A DNA stretch of 63,101 bases, the filler included, from Welwitschia mirabilis (lineage: Eukaryota): assembly GCA_051453625.1 (NCBI GenBank). It is 7 parts of one record of this genome, joined end to end, with 100 filler letters (N's around TTAATTAATTAA, not from the genome) between each part and the next. Parts side by side here need not be neighbours in the genome. Positions count along the whole stretch, not along the records: positions 37,901 to 45,946 come from JBOZIK010000001.1; positions 46,047 to 52,627 come from JBOZIK010000001.1; 5 more parts are not named here. One strand, written 5' to 3'. Below, one piece after another: positions 38,842-52,727 of this stretch. Below the pieces are notes generated by a model. It was not told the DNA's origin and made no database searches. It saw only the letters and a list, made by a program, of their open reading frames with translations. A program made the position numbers and the translations under genes. Every line of letters begins with the position of its first letter. The stretch's first letter is position 1.

Positions 38842-41800
38842 TAGCATCTAAAAACTCAATTTTTCAAGCTGAGATTAGTAAATTAATGTTGAATTAAAGA
38901 ATATTAGATAGGAACTTTTTGACTTAAAAATAATTAATGAGAAGTTTTCCCAAGGGAAAGAGATCTTATAGATCATACTTAGATAATATAAAAGTTGAAA
39001 TGATAAAAATGGTTTAGACCATAATAAATAATCCATTAGTACTTTAGTTTCTTTATTCAACATATGGAAGTATAAGTAAAGGTATAAACATATAATTTAT
39101 ACCACTAATATAATATATTATTATTGCTATAAAATGAATAATTATTAGTTTAATTGTTCACTTAAATTTAATATCGAATATTATACTAACAGTGTCAAAA
39201 GATTATGAAGTACGGTATAACATCTTATGTAGGATAAGCTAAAGAAAATATGGATTCCAAAATCTAAACTAGTTATTTTAGCTTATATTACTCTATGAAT
39301 AATAAGGAAGCATTCCTAGGATATTAACAGTGGGTATTTGAAGCACATGACTAGAAACAAATCAACTTTACTACATTGGTAGAATAAGATAAAGGAGTGA
39401 TTACCTTTGAAAAAAACATAAAGGTATTTAATAAAGGTATTAGAGTCGTTACCATTGATAATAACATAGAGGAATTTATCAAAGGTATTAGAGCCATTAG
39501 AGGAGGTAATTTACCTAAGGTAAAAGATGTGTTATTTATAGAAGGATTACAACATAATATTATAAGTGTTTGTTAGTTATGTAATGCAATTTTTTTGTTA
39601 CATTTATTCAAGATGATTATGTTATTAAAAAAAATAACTTAAATAAGTATTAGAAAATCTAATATTTATATCATTACTTTACAAGATGTTTCTAACAACA
39701 GAACTAAGTATTAATTAAGAACTATAGCTAGAATGAAGCTATGGCATAGGAAGCTTGAGTACATAAACAAAGACTTGCTAAAAATATTATCCTTAAAAGA
39801 TATAATAAGAAGACTTTTTAAGTTGTAAAGCTTTGATGATCATGTTTTTGAGGCATGCTAGAAAGAAAATAAAAACACTATCACAATGGAATGTCACATA
39901 GATCATTTACATCTTGATATTATTGATACATATCCTATGAAAAGTTTTGATTAGGAGATAGATTATCTAACCACTATTAATTATTCCTCTTATTTTACAT
40001 GGGTATCCTTCATTACACATAAGGATAAGGCATTTAACATTTTATTTAAGTTGTGTATTAGGTCATAAAACTAAAAAGAACACAAGATCAAGATGATAAG
40101 AAGTGATAATGATAAAAAAATTTAAAAATGTAAGGTTTAAATATTTTTGTAAATAGGTTGGTATTCTTTATTAATTTTCTACACCAAAAAATCCACAACA
40201 AAATGGAGTTGATAAAATAAAGAAAAGGGTTCTAAATAAAATGGTAAAAATAATGATGCATGCTAAATAGATTTCATAACATTTTTAGATAGAAGCCATT
40301 AATAGTACATGTTACATTTCCAATTGAGTTCTAGTAATATGCTTTACTTCCAAAACCTCATATGAATTATGGTCTGATTAAAAACCATTAGTATGTTATT
40401 TCCATGTATTTTATTTAAGAAGTTTCATCTTAAACAAAAAGGATAAATAAAGAAAATTCAATTTCAAATTTAATAATGACATTTTTCTAGGTTACTTCAT
40501 GGTCAATAAATATTACTGAGTATTTAACAATAGAACTCATGTAATAGTGGGAAATATAAATGTCAAAATATATGATGCTAATTCAACTTCTATTGATGTG
40601 TAAGATGACTGTATTCTCATCTAGCTTAAATACTTATCTAGCAATCCTCAAGTATAATTAGATAGTAATGAGGAAAAAGAAGAAGAAACAAATAAGAAAA
40701 CTTCTTCAAACATGATTAGATTAGATTATGAGCAACATAATAGGAAGTCCATATGGTGGGATATTTAAACTCAAAGCCATGCCAAGGAATTCTATGGATT
40801 TACTAGATATATTTCATAAGTAGAACTCAAGACTTTCAATGAAGTAGAAAGTGATGAACATTAGATTCTAAAAAATGTAAGAGAAAATTAATTAATTTGA
40901 ATGATGTTATATCTGGGAACTCACTCGATGTTCATTGAATAGATCTATCATTAGCATAAAATGGATCTTTAGAAACAAAATATATAAAAACATTAATATT
41001 ATCAGAAATAAAGCAATATTAGTAGTTAAATGGTATAACCAAAAATAAGGTGTAGACTTTGAAGAAATCTTTACACCACTAGCTTCTATGGACTTATAAG
41101 AATGCTTTTAGTCTTTGAATATATAAAAGGATTTAGACTCTTTTAGATGAATGTCAAAAGTTCCTTTCTAAATAGAGTTCTTTAAGAGGAAGTATATGTT
41201 AAGTAATCTAAAGAGTTTACTTACTCTCATAAAACAAACCATATTTATAAACTAAAAAGACCTTTTTATGATCTTAAGCAAGAATCTATAGCTTAGCACA
41301 AGAAACTCTTAAGCTATCTAGTAGAAAATAGATTTAAAAAATGTGCATCTAATTTTATAATATTTATTAGAAAAGATGGTAAGGGTTTTAATATTATACA
41401 AATATATGTGGATGGCATTATTTTTGGTGCTATTAACAAGTTATTACATAAAATTTTTGCTAAGATTATGCAAGATAAGCTTGAAATAAGTCTCATAAGA
41501 GAAATGTATAAGTTATTGAGGCTTCAAGTGATGCAAAAAAAAAAAAAAAAAAAAAACAAAATACATTCATTTCTCAAACTAAATATGATAAAATATTTTT
41601 AGTCAAGTATGACCTATAGTATTGCAAGGCCAAAGATATTCTAATGAGTTAAATCATTAAACTAGATAAAGATGAGCATGGTAAAAAGATTGAATAAAAC
41701 CTATTTAGAGGTATGATTGATAATTTATTATATCTTACTGCTATTAGGTCTGATATCATATTGAGTATATGAATTTATACTGATTATCAAAGTGACCCTA

Positions 41801-42350
41801 AAGAATCACATCTTAAAATAGTTAGAAGAATTTTTTAGTACTTAAGGAATACTAATAATTAGGATCTTTAGTATTCAAAGGACTTTTACCTTGATCTAGT
41901 TGGGTACTATTATGTAGATTGGGTACATTGTAAGAATGATAGAAGAAGAACTAATGAAAATTATTTCTAATGTTTAGTATCTTAGAGTAGCAAAAAACAA
42001 ATCTCAACTATAGTTTTAACTAATAATCTAAATACATCACTTCTAGAAGTTGTTGTACTTCATCACTTTGAATGAAGTAAACCTTAAAAAATTTCAAATT
42101 ACTCATGGAAAGCATTCTCCTCTTTTGCAATAATAGAAGTGTTATCAACATCTTAAAGAATTCTATTCAGTATTTAAGAATCAAACATATTAAGACTAGA
42201 TATCATTTTGTTAGAGATCATGTACAACATAATGATATCATGCTAGAATACATTAATACTAATGATCAAAGTCATTGATATGTTTACTCAACCACTAAGT
42301 GTGACAAGTTTATTAAATTATGCGAAAACCTAGGAATTGAGCCTTGCCTA
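38842..42350 (+). pseudogene. Copia pol remnant (protease, GAG-pre-integrase, integrase, RT, RNase H)
   Basis: INSGYLKHMT (cf. LDSGCSKHMT, ~39325), LWHRKL (~39740), FSTPKNPQQNGV (~40175), MNVKSSFLN (~41150), QIYVDGIIFG (~41400) and IKHIKTRYHFVRDHV (~42180), with dense stops. Confidence 0.92.
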
Positions 42351-45300
42351 ATTTGGTAAGTTATCAAGTAATCACTCTTAAAATATTAACTTCACATTAT
42401 GATATTCTATTATCTAAGATAATATATAGATCATAAATCAGTAAATTATGTACATATTACTTGACATTTTTAATATAATGATCTAATCATGATGTTAGCT
42501 ATAGAAAATTTTAAAGTTCCTCATTTTTTAGAAAATATGTCTTTAAGTAGAAGACATCTATTGTGGAGATGTCTTTACTTTGTAAATGTTTGTTCAATAG
42601 ATGTATCTATATGTTAGACATCTTTAAAGGCCAGACATAATTTTTTATTTTTTTAAACAAATGCCTTTGAAAATGTAAACATCTTTACAGCTGATGGATG
42701 GTTACATGGTGAAATAAGTGCAGAAAATATGATAAAATAATATTAAAAAATATAAAATAATACAAGAAAAATGTAGAAACTATGTTGTTATTAACCTAAA
42801 AAAAGCTCACACCATTAAACAAAAAATAACTAAATGCTTACTGAAGAACTAGTTGAGATTCAACCATTTAGTTCAAAATGCATCGTTACAATAGTCTCAT
42901 GATGAAGTTACTTGAGCTAGTTAGGTTGGTTTGTTATTACTAAGTTACTACCTATGTATATTATACTAGGATGAGCAAAGAAAGTAATGAAACATAATAA
43001 AAATTAAATGAGTTGATAGACAATACTTATTTCTAAGTACTATTAATTATTTTGATTTATGTTTAGCTATGCAAATAAGAGAAAATACAAATAATATTAC
43101 TTTTTAAATAATAGAGCATACATACAATGATGTTCAAATATTCTTTTTATCTTTATATTGAAATACAAATTGTTATATAAATATCTGGTAAGGCTTGTGT
43201 TTTCCTTTGTAGGTAATACTTTAGAGAATGGAAAATGTTACTATAACCTTTTTAGGATAACTAAAGCTTCCTTCCTTGACCTTCTTTCTTAGTTTATTCC
43301 TTGAATGTTTTATCAAAATGATCCCCACCTTTGGTTGTTTATTTTTCTATTTCCATTCTTTACTCCTTAGAAATATGTATATGATTTGAGTTGTTATTAG
43401 TTTTTCACCACCTCAACCTTCTCTCTCAACTTTATGGCACATGGCATCCTATACCTAAAATGAAATAATAAAATATACATACTAATTTAATACCATAGTA
43501 ACTAACTAATATATTTATACTAATAAAGAAAAATCTATTGTTATTTCAAATGCATAATTAAGATAATGAAAATACTTCATTAACAAGTAAGACTTACATT
43601 AAAATTTATCCTCATTAAAGCATGTAGGTAACTCATCAAATTTATTGTTAAAAAACTTATATAATAAAGATAGATGTCTACTTTCATGGTTTTAGATGTC
43701 TTTCAAGTAGTAGACATCTTTCATGAACTATATCAAAAAATAAAATGCACATCAAAATAAGGTTTTTAGCCCTTTGTATTTAGAAAATAGGCCAACTTCT
43801 ATCATTTTCAATCCTCTAGTCAGTGGCTATCCATGTAAGAGTTTTCTTTAGCATGATTTTTCTTAGATCTCTTATCATAGACATATTTAGAAAGAAGTGT
43901 TTAAAACTAGTACAATAGATGCTCTTTTTTCCCCTTTTTCTTGGACATAAAACTCTTAGGTTCTAAAAACATAAGAAATATCAAATTTTATTTATTTCTC
44001 ATGTCTTGATTAAAACATGATAGGCTAATTAGAGTAGAGTATTCTAGAACCAATTGTCAGGGAATTCTATGCCAATATTCATGCTATAGACGATAGCACT
44101 GAGACTTTAGAAACTTAAGTACAAGATATTCATTGATCTTTTACCTATAATTTTGTCAATTCTATGCTTGGTATAGATGATCAAGAAATTCTAAAATTAT
44201 ATGTAGATTATTTTAAAGATATTTTTACATGTTTCTATATTAAAATTTTATAACATTCATTGAGAAATGTTCTTTTTGGGCATTTAAGGATGAATTTTAG
44301 AATTTAGAATGATAAGATATGGTATTTAATGCATCTATTTTAAGTTTAATTACCATTTATAATATAATTATTAAAGGAGGTAGTTATAGCTATTGCAATT
44401 CAATGTAGACTTTTATGGTCTATTTCCTTCTCATAGGGATAAAGACTCATCCTAGAGTTATTTTATGTGTAGATATCATTGCACTTTTTTCCAAAGACTG
44501 GAGTTTGGATTACCATTGCTTAATTAGTCTAATTAATAGAAATGCCAGCATCTTGGTGTCATAGGTTAATCTCATTCATCTTAAAAAGTCACTTTTAGAG
44601 TTTAATGAGAAGAACTAAGTACCATTATTAGTAGGTAGAGACATAAGTAGATGATCTTCTAATGTATATGTTTGGTGATCTTACTCTACATATACTCATA
44701 GTTCATTCTTAGTGAAGAAGGTTCTTAAATAAATTATAAAGATGATAAGAAATATTAGAATAAATCTCTTGATGTTGAAGAATCAGTGGTAGATAACTAG
44801 TGTGGAAGAGGCTCATATAGGTAGTTGGAAATCCATGTGGACTTTCACTTGATCTAATTCAGAGGAGGAATAAGAGGAATAGAACCCTTTAAAACCTCTT
44901 ACTATAGGATATGACTTAGATTATGTATCAAATTCAAATTTGTTAGATTCCACAAAATATGAGGCATAGGCATAAGAAAAGCAACAAGCTCCATCACAAG
45001 AACAGGAGGAGCACAAGGCTTTAACATAGGTATAGTAAGAGAAATAAGATTTGAAATAGGCACAGGAGGAGTAATAGGTGGACTCCAAGAGCTCTAATGA
45101 TTCGTCGCTCATCTTTCATAGGCCTTATTACAAATTACCCATTCGCCATTCTACACAGACTTCATCATCACCTTATCCCCTATCTCTACCTCACCTTTCA
45201 TCTCCATCATCACCTCTCACAATTCTCGTTCATGCTTCACCTCTTAGCACTACTTCACCCTTAGCTTATAGTTTTGCTGAGATAACTACTATTAGCTTCT

Positions 45301-45946
45301 TTAGCACTTTCATTACCCCTCAAACATGCTCATGTATGAGGATATGAGTATTTCAAGGTAAAGGTGAATCATCATAGTAACCATCTAGGAAGTAGCACAC
45401 ACCTTACCCACCTTTTCTTATTCATACACCATCTAGACCTCTATCACTAGGAATAGCGATGATGACCATGATAATGCAAGAGATGGACCTTAGTATACTA
45501 GTGACCCAATTCTCAGTGATTATATTCTTTTGTGCTATTAAAAAATATGAAGAAGGTGGGCAAATCAGATTGGACATTCTTGGACATTATTGAACATCTT
45601 GTATAAGTTTGAAGGAGGTGAACTTAAGACAAATGGATTGGACTTTTGTGAGTGACATCAGTGTTTGTAATCACTGTCTATTATTAGCACATGTTTCATG
45701 CTAAATTGGATTATCTTTTAATATTTTTTGTTAAATTTTTTCATGTATGCAATATACTTTAGTTTCTAACATGCATTTAGTAATTTTAGTTGATTTACAC
45801 CACTTCTTACTTACTATTTTATAAATTATTATGTATGGTTAAAAAATATTTTCAAATTATTGAAATTTATATCATTTCTCATGTAATAGATTATGTTCTC
45901 TTTTGGACAGAGTTATCTCAAGTCAATTTTTGAAAATATGATTATA

Positions 45947-46046
45947 NNNNNNNNNNNNNNNNNNNNNNNNNNNNNNNNNNNNNNNNNNNNTTAATTAATT
46001 AANNNNNNNNNNNNNNNNNNNNNNNNNNNNNNNNNNNNNNNNNNNN
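45947..46046. other. Artificial scaffold-join spacer
   Basis: 44N-TTAATTAATTAA-44N. Confidence 0.97.
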
Positions 46047-49000
46047 ATTGGAACGTGAACTATTGCATAAATACATACCGCAACAAACCTCATAAGGATT
46101 ATGTCATAACTTATGATTGTTTTATCATAGCTATATATTTCAATTCTATTGATGAATTCCATAAAGAAAAATTAGTTGATTATTTTTACAGTGGATTGAA
46201 TCATGAAACTAAATAACTTGTAGATATTTCTTATGATGGAAACTTAATGTAGTCTTAGAGGATGCATGGAATGCAATGAAAAATCTAGTAGAGAGAACTC
46301 AAACTTGGCCAAAATCCACTAAGGAAAATCAAACTATAAGCTAAATCATAAGAGATTAAATGAAGTAAANNNNNNNNNNNNNNNNNNNNNNNNNNNNNNN
46401 NNNNNNNNNNNNNNNNNNNNNNNNNNNNNNNNNNNNNNNNNNNNNNNNNNNNNNNNNNNNNNNNNNNNNTATTTATTTGAAATAGTACTATATTTTTTTC
46501 TTTTAGTTTAATACGTTTATCTTAGTAATTTTAGTTTTTTATAGCTTAAAAAAATTACTATTGTTTCTTTTTTCACCCCCAAAACACTGAAAATGACAAT
46601 CACAGATTTTTAAATTTATTTTTTTTGAAATTTTTACATCTTTTAGTAATAATAATAAAATACTGTCATCTTCTATGTCATCATCATGACAAGCTAGATG
46701 ATAGTATGTTTCTCTAGTTATAGTAATTTTTTCTTTGATTTTAGTTTTTAATTATTGTGATCGTCATCCTCTTATTATCCTTGTGACCAAGTGGATGACT
46801 ATTACTTGTTTTTTATTTTGTTTTTTGTCTAAAGTATGCAATTACATAGTGAATTCTAGTAGAAAGACAAAATATTAAAGAAAGAGAAACTTGATTGAGG
46901 AAAATATCAGAGAAGGGTTATTCAACTTTGAGAAAACTCTAGGTATGCACACTCTAGGTATGCAAATTACAAGAATTGAAGAAGAGGATTTTTTGATTCT
47001 ATTATTTTAAAGTTAAATTTTGCAAAGAAAATTTGTGAAAATAATAGCATAGAAGTAGATCATATCATTTTTTCCACCCATGTTGAAATCCTCATAAAAC
47101 CAAAAACGAGTCGCTTTATCTAATATACCAATCATGATAGGAACTTTGACCTTAAATTCAAATCCTACACTCATAGATCTAATTGCTAATAGAAAATATA
47201 AAATCCAAAATATTTTGATTTATCTGTTAGTAATGATGTAGAGTCAAGGAACTTAAGTACCTACCCAACATTATTGGGGGAACCTGATAAGGATTCTTTT
47301 CAACATCTAGCTAATATTCAACAACTTGTACTTACCTCAAGAAAGGAAAAGAAATATATTAGTAATCATACTTACATAATTATCTTTCTAGTCACATTTA
47401 GAGAAAAGGTTAAACTTTGGCTTAAGACCCTTTCATATAAGAGTCTTAAAAGATTTTTGAGTGAAATTACAATGCAAAAAAGAAGAAAGGAAGTTACCAA
47501 CTTCCAATAATAACATTATGAGGATTATGCCATAACCTATGAGCATTTTATCATAGCTATCCATTTCAACCCTGTTGATGAGTTTCATAAAGTAGAATTG
47601 AGAGATTATTCCTGTAGTGGATTAACTAGTCAGATCAAATAATTTGTAGACTTTTCTTATGGTGGCAACTTGTTGAACTTAATTTTAGATGATGCATTAA
47701 ATGTGTTTGAAAATCTAGTAGAGATAAGTCAAACTTGACCAAAATCCACTTCTAAGGAAAATCGAACTAAAAGCTAAATCATAACAAACTTAAAAGAAGT
47801 AAAACATGACAAGGAAGAAGAAAAAAGTAATTCAACTAATACAATTAAGGATTTTACTACCACTTTGAAGAAGTACACTCAAATGATAGTGGATGTAAAG
47901 AGAGTAAAAGATGAAAACACAACTTCAACATGTGATATTTGTAAAGACAACTCTCATCCAACTAAAGAATTTACCTTGTTGCCAGCTTGTAAAGAAATGA
48001 TGTTTGAGGAAGTATGTGCATTCAATCAAAGAACACCTAACTTTAAAAGCTAACCACAATTTTAACAAAGATTAGGTAAACAATCATAATGAAAACCTAT
48101 TGAGAAAATATTCATGAATTCAAACTTCCAATCAAATAACCTCAATTTTCAACCAAATCAAAATGATCCATTCAGAGATTGCATAGAAGAATTGAAAAAG
48201 TGTAAGAAAAGACTAACAATAATATTGAAAACTTAGTAAATGTGCTTTAACAAACGATTCTTACTAATCAAATACCATAAGGGTCTCTTGCATATCAACC
48301 TTCACTTAACTCAAATGAATTAAAGAGAGATTTAAAGGTAGTAATAAGAAGTGAAAATGATACAACATCTCCTATCCATGAGGTTTTTACTTTTAAAAAA
48401 ATAAAAAAAATAATGAAGAATATGATGTAGAAATTTTTGACTCATATATCTTCTGATCAACATTACATGCTAAGACCTCCATTAAAAATTCTTCACAAGA
48501 AAACAAATGAAAGAAACTATCTACTCCTTGGCTTAATAAATTAAACATGAATCCTATCTATGATAAGCACTTGAAGATCTTGATGCAAGAGAAAAATATT
48601 AACTTATCTTTTTGGAAATGCTTGCATGAAATTCCTAAATATTCTTAGTTATGGAAAGACTTAGTAATAAGAAAATAAAAATGTACCATTCCTAGCAAAG
48701 TTTTTGTTACTCAATCTATTTCAAACTTAGTCATGAAAAATCATTCTAAATTGAAAGACACTAAATACCTTTAAAGGAAGCAAAATAATTCAAAAAGCTT
48801 TAATTGATGTAGGATCTAGTGTAAACATCATTCCTTCACATACATAGAATAATAGGATTGAAAAATCAACTATAACCTACATGAATTATCTTGGAATAAG
48901 TTGATATTTCAATGAAGAACATCCTATGGATTATCAAGGACTTAGTCATCCAAATTAAGAAAGCTTTTTACCCATAGATGTAGTCATCATTTAGGTAAAA

Positions 49001-52000
49001 CATGATGGAGGTTATCCACTACTTTTAAAAAGATCCTTTTATGCAACTATCCATTATATCATTAGCACATGTACTAAAATGATGAAATGTCATATAGGTA
49101 ATAAGAAGTTCATCATTTAAGTTTTTAATGCCACTAAAAAAGAAACAGGGGATAAGTTTAACTTAGCAGAAGAACTTAAATCAAACTTATTTTTATAACA
49201 TTACCCAATTGAGGAGAGATTGATAATGCTACATAAATAAACTTTATATGATGACTTGACTGAAATACACTATATTGAGTATAAGAATAAGGAATCTTTC
49301 AAGTGGTTGAAAATCCAACATGTTTACTTAATAGAAAATCTTTTTGAATAGTTTTATCCCATGTCTATCATCCTCATTATAGATAGGATAATAAGTAAAA
49401 ATTCTAATCTAGATCTAAAGGAGTTGCTTAAGGATCTAAAATATATTTTCCTATTCAATAATCTTAAGAAATGTTTGATAATAAATGACATTCTTACATC
49501 TCAATAAGAATCCAACCTGACCCACTTTTAACTTCTAAAGAAGATGCCTTTGTTTGGACCCCTAAAGACATGATTACTATCCCTTTTTTGATAGTTTAAT
49601 ATAAAATTCTTTTCAAAGATAATATAAACCTATTAGGTAACCCCAATAAAGGCTTGTTGCAATGTGAATTTATGCAATCTTAAAGCTCTGTAGGTAAACC
49701 TATAAATCATATAACTTGCAGAAAAACACACGTTAGTATAGATGAGAGTTTACCCAAATGTCATAATCTCAACGAAGGCGCTAGGCTCAGAGTAAGAGAA
49801 TTAATTTCCAAAGGTAGTTTTGGTCTTTTATCTTTATTAACAAAGTAAATGCAATGCTTTAAATAGAAATGAAACACAAGTGAATGGGAATGAAATGAAA
49901 TTGCAATGAAAATGGAATAGAAATGGGAATGAAAAAAGACCTTACTTAGATCTTAGCCTTTCTATCACAAAGACTACCTCTTATAACTTATACCAAAGAA
50001 GAAGAGTATTTACTAGTTCTTAATCAATATAAACTATGAGATCCACTGAAGTAAGACTTGAAATGCAATATGGAAAGCAAAAAATAAATAATGCAAATCT
50101 ATTCTACTAAAATAGGTCAACCTTAACAAAGGTTACCCTTATGATCTAAATAAACCAAATATTGTCACTCAACTAAGATCAACTTAAATTATAAGGGAGA
50201 TGCACAATAATGAGATGAAATAAAATATTATATTAACTCAAGTAAATCAAAACAACATCCACTTACAAATTAGAATAACAGCACCTCAATGAGAGGAACA
50301 CAGCCTGACACCAAGGAGATTCCTTTCTGTAGCATAGGATGGATCTCTCACCCTTCAAGCTTCTGTCACAAGTATCAGGTACAAAAGATGGACTAGAAAT
50401 GAAGGAGGAGAAGGGTATTTATAGATTTCCAAAAGAGGGATTTGGAGGCAAGCCCTAAAGGCAGGTAACAGAAACCCTAATGACCCACATGGGTTATTTG
50501 ATCCCATTTATAATAGAATTTATTACTGTAGTATAAAAATAGTTGTCATCTCTTATGTCGTCCACACGACATGGTGGACGACACTGCCTTACGGCTTGGG
50601 CAGTGCTCCATGTACTGCCATCAGCCCCGTGGGTTGCCTACACATAGTTTTGATGTTGTCATCTTGTATGTCGTCCAGATGATCATGTGGACAATGCCCC
50701 ACCACCATGTGTTGCTGCTTTGCCGACTACTGTCCACATCAGTACTCTGGTCGTCCTATGTGTCGTGGGAATGACTAATATGATGACGGTCTTCTTTTAT
50801 TCTTCTCGCCTTGGTGAATCAGTCTTTGCCTTATACAGTCCTTTTTCCAATTTTGTAGTATCATAATAGACCCAAGAAATTGCTAGAAATGCTAGATATC
50901 ATATGTTTTACTATTCATCATATCATGACTTCATAGCTCTCAATATTGTATCAAAAACCTGTATGAATGTCCTACAAAGATACTTAAAATACACCATCAA
51001 ATTCCAACAAATTGGCATCATAACATAGCCTTCTACTTAGCCTTATCAGTCCCTGACAAAGTAAGTAATCAACTAGATTTCGAGCTAATTTGTTTAACAT
51101 AACAGTAATGCTTGCAGAATGTAAATTGAGTCTATATAAAATGATATCATCAATAAGTAATTAATACAAGTACTGAAAAATTCCTAAGCCTCCNNNNNNN
51201 NNNNNNNNNNNNNNNNNNNNNNNNNNNNNNNNNNNNNNNNNNNNNNNNNNNNNNNNNNNNNNNNNNNNNNNNNNNNNNNNNNNNNNNNNNNNNNNNNNNN
51301 NNNNNNNNNNNNNNNNNNNNNNNNNNNNNNNNNNNNNNNNNNNNNNNNNNNNNNNNNNNNNNNNNNNNNNNNNNNNNNNNNNNNNNNNNNNNNNNNNNNN
51401 NNNNNNNNNNNNNNNNNNNNNNNNNNNNNNNNNNNNNNNNNNNNNNNNNNNNNNNNNNNNNNNNNNNNNNNNNNNNNNNNNNNNNNNNNNNNNNNNNNNN
51501 NNNNNNNNNNNNNNNNNNNNNNNNNNNNNNNNNNNNNNNNNNNNNNNNNNNNNNNNNNNNNNNNNNNNNNNNNNNNNNNNNNNNNNNNNNNNNNNNNNNN
51601 NNNNNNNNNNNNNNNNNNNNNNNNNNNNNNNNNNNNNNNNNNNNNNNNNNNNNNNNNNNNNNNNNNNNNNNNNNNNNNNNNNNNNNNNNNNNNNNNNNNN
51701 NNNNNNNNNNNNNNNNNNNNNNNNNNNNNNNNNNNNNNNNNNNNNNNNNNNNNNNNNNNNNNNNNNNNNNNNNNNNNNNNNNNNNNNNNNNNNNNNNNNN
51801 NNNNNNNNNNNNNNNNNNNNNNNNNNNNNNNNNNNNNNNNNNNNNNNNNNNNNNNNNNNNNNNNNNNNNNNNNNNNNNNNNNNNNNNNNNNNNNNNNNNN
51901 NNNNNNNNNNNNNNNNNNNNNNNNNNNNNNNNNNNNNNNNNNNNNNNNNNNNNNNNNNNNNNNNNNNNNNNNNNNTAATAACACAAAAAAGGAGTGTTGT

Positions 52001-52627
52001 CTACTATGCCATGGGGATGACATATGAGAACGACAGACAAATAGCTGATATGATGAGGAATGTAAGACCTGGAAAACTCAGAAAATCAAAAAATGTAGGG
52101 ATGTAATGAAATAAAGAGAGACTGCTCAAAAGAGGCCTCAAATATGTCTGAACTATGGAAAGCTAGAATGCATTAGATAAAAGAAAACTGTCAGAAAGAA
52201 ACAACTATCCTCTGGAAAACATCACAAAAAATTACATAGGCCCATGATATAATGCTTAAAAAAGTAGAAGGAAATAACTTTGAAAATTCCAATAAAACAA
52301 CTAAGGAAAAACAAAATGAAAATGAATAACTAGAAACATGAAGAAGATTTCTTAATTGCCCTAAATTCTATCTTAAAAAATTCCTATAGTAACAGTCATA
52401 AAATCACTTGATTAATAATGCATGACATAATGTATCCATTCATAAAGTTTCACTCAATTGGGCAATGATTATGATGAGGCAAGTATACTAATGTTATCAA
52501 ACAAGAAATGATAAGATAAAAAATTGTTTGAAATATAAGGACTTATAAGCTACCATGTCAAAACAAACACTAAAATCCATAAAGTAGAGTGATGATGTGG
52601 AAGTACAGAGAAATAAATGAAGAGAAA

Positions 52628-52727
52628 NNNNNNNNNNNNNNNNNNNNNNNNNNNNNNNNNNNNNNNNNNNNTTAATTAATTAANNNNNNNNNNNNNNNNN
52701 NNNNNNNNNNNNNNNNNNNNNNNNNNN
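52628..52727. other. Artificial scaffold-join spacer
   Basis: 44N-TTAATTAATTAA-44N. Confidence 0.97.

Larger units (their letters stand above)
32024..45946 (+). mobile_element. Heavily decayed SIRE-like Ty1/copia element: 5' LTR (~32024-33642), iMet PBS, gag-pol and a long 3' extra region. Interrupted by a gypsy insertion, with the 3' LTR not seen
   Basis: PBS tagtattagagt (33645-33656) is a decayed TGGTATCAGAGC. Gag starts MKGVPFVRPTLFDGTNYAHYKMRM. Domain order is PR-INT-RT-RH, followed by more than 3.5 kb of extra sequence after pol. The LTR start is approximate. Confidence 0.85.

Noticed and set aside
41535-41556. A22 run giving poly-Lys in ORF 41408-41602
   Set aside because: Homopolymer expansion inside the dead copia RT, not a poly(A) tail or functional motif.
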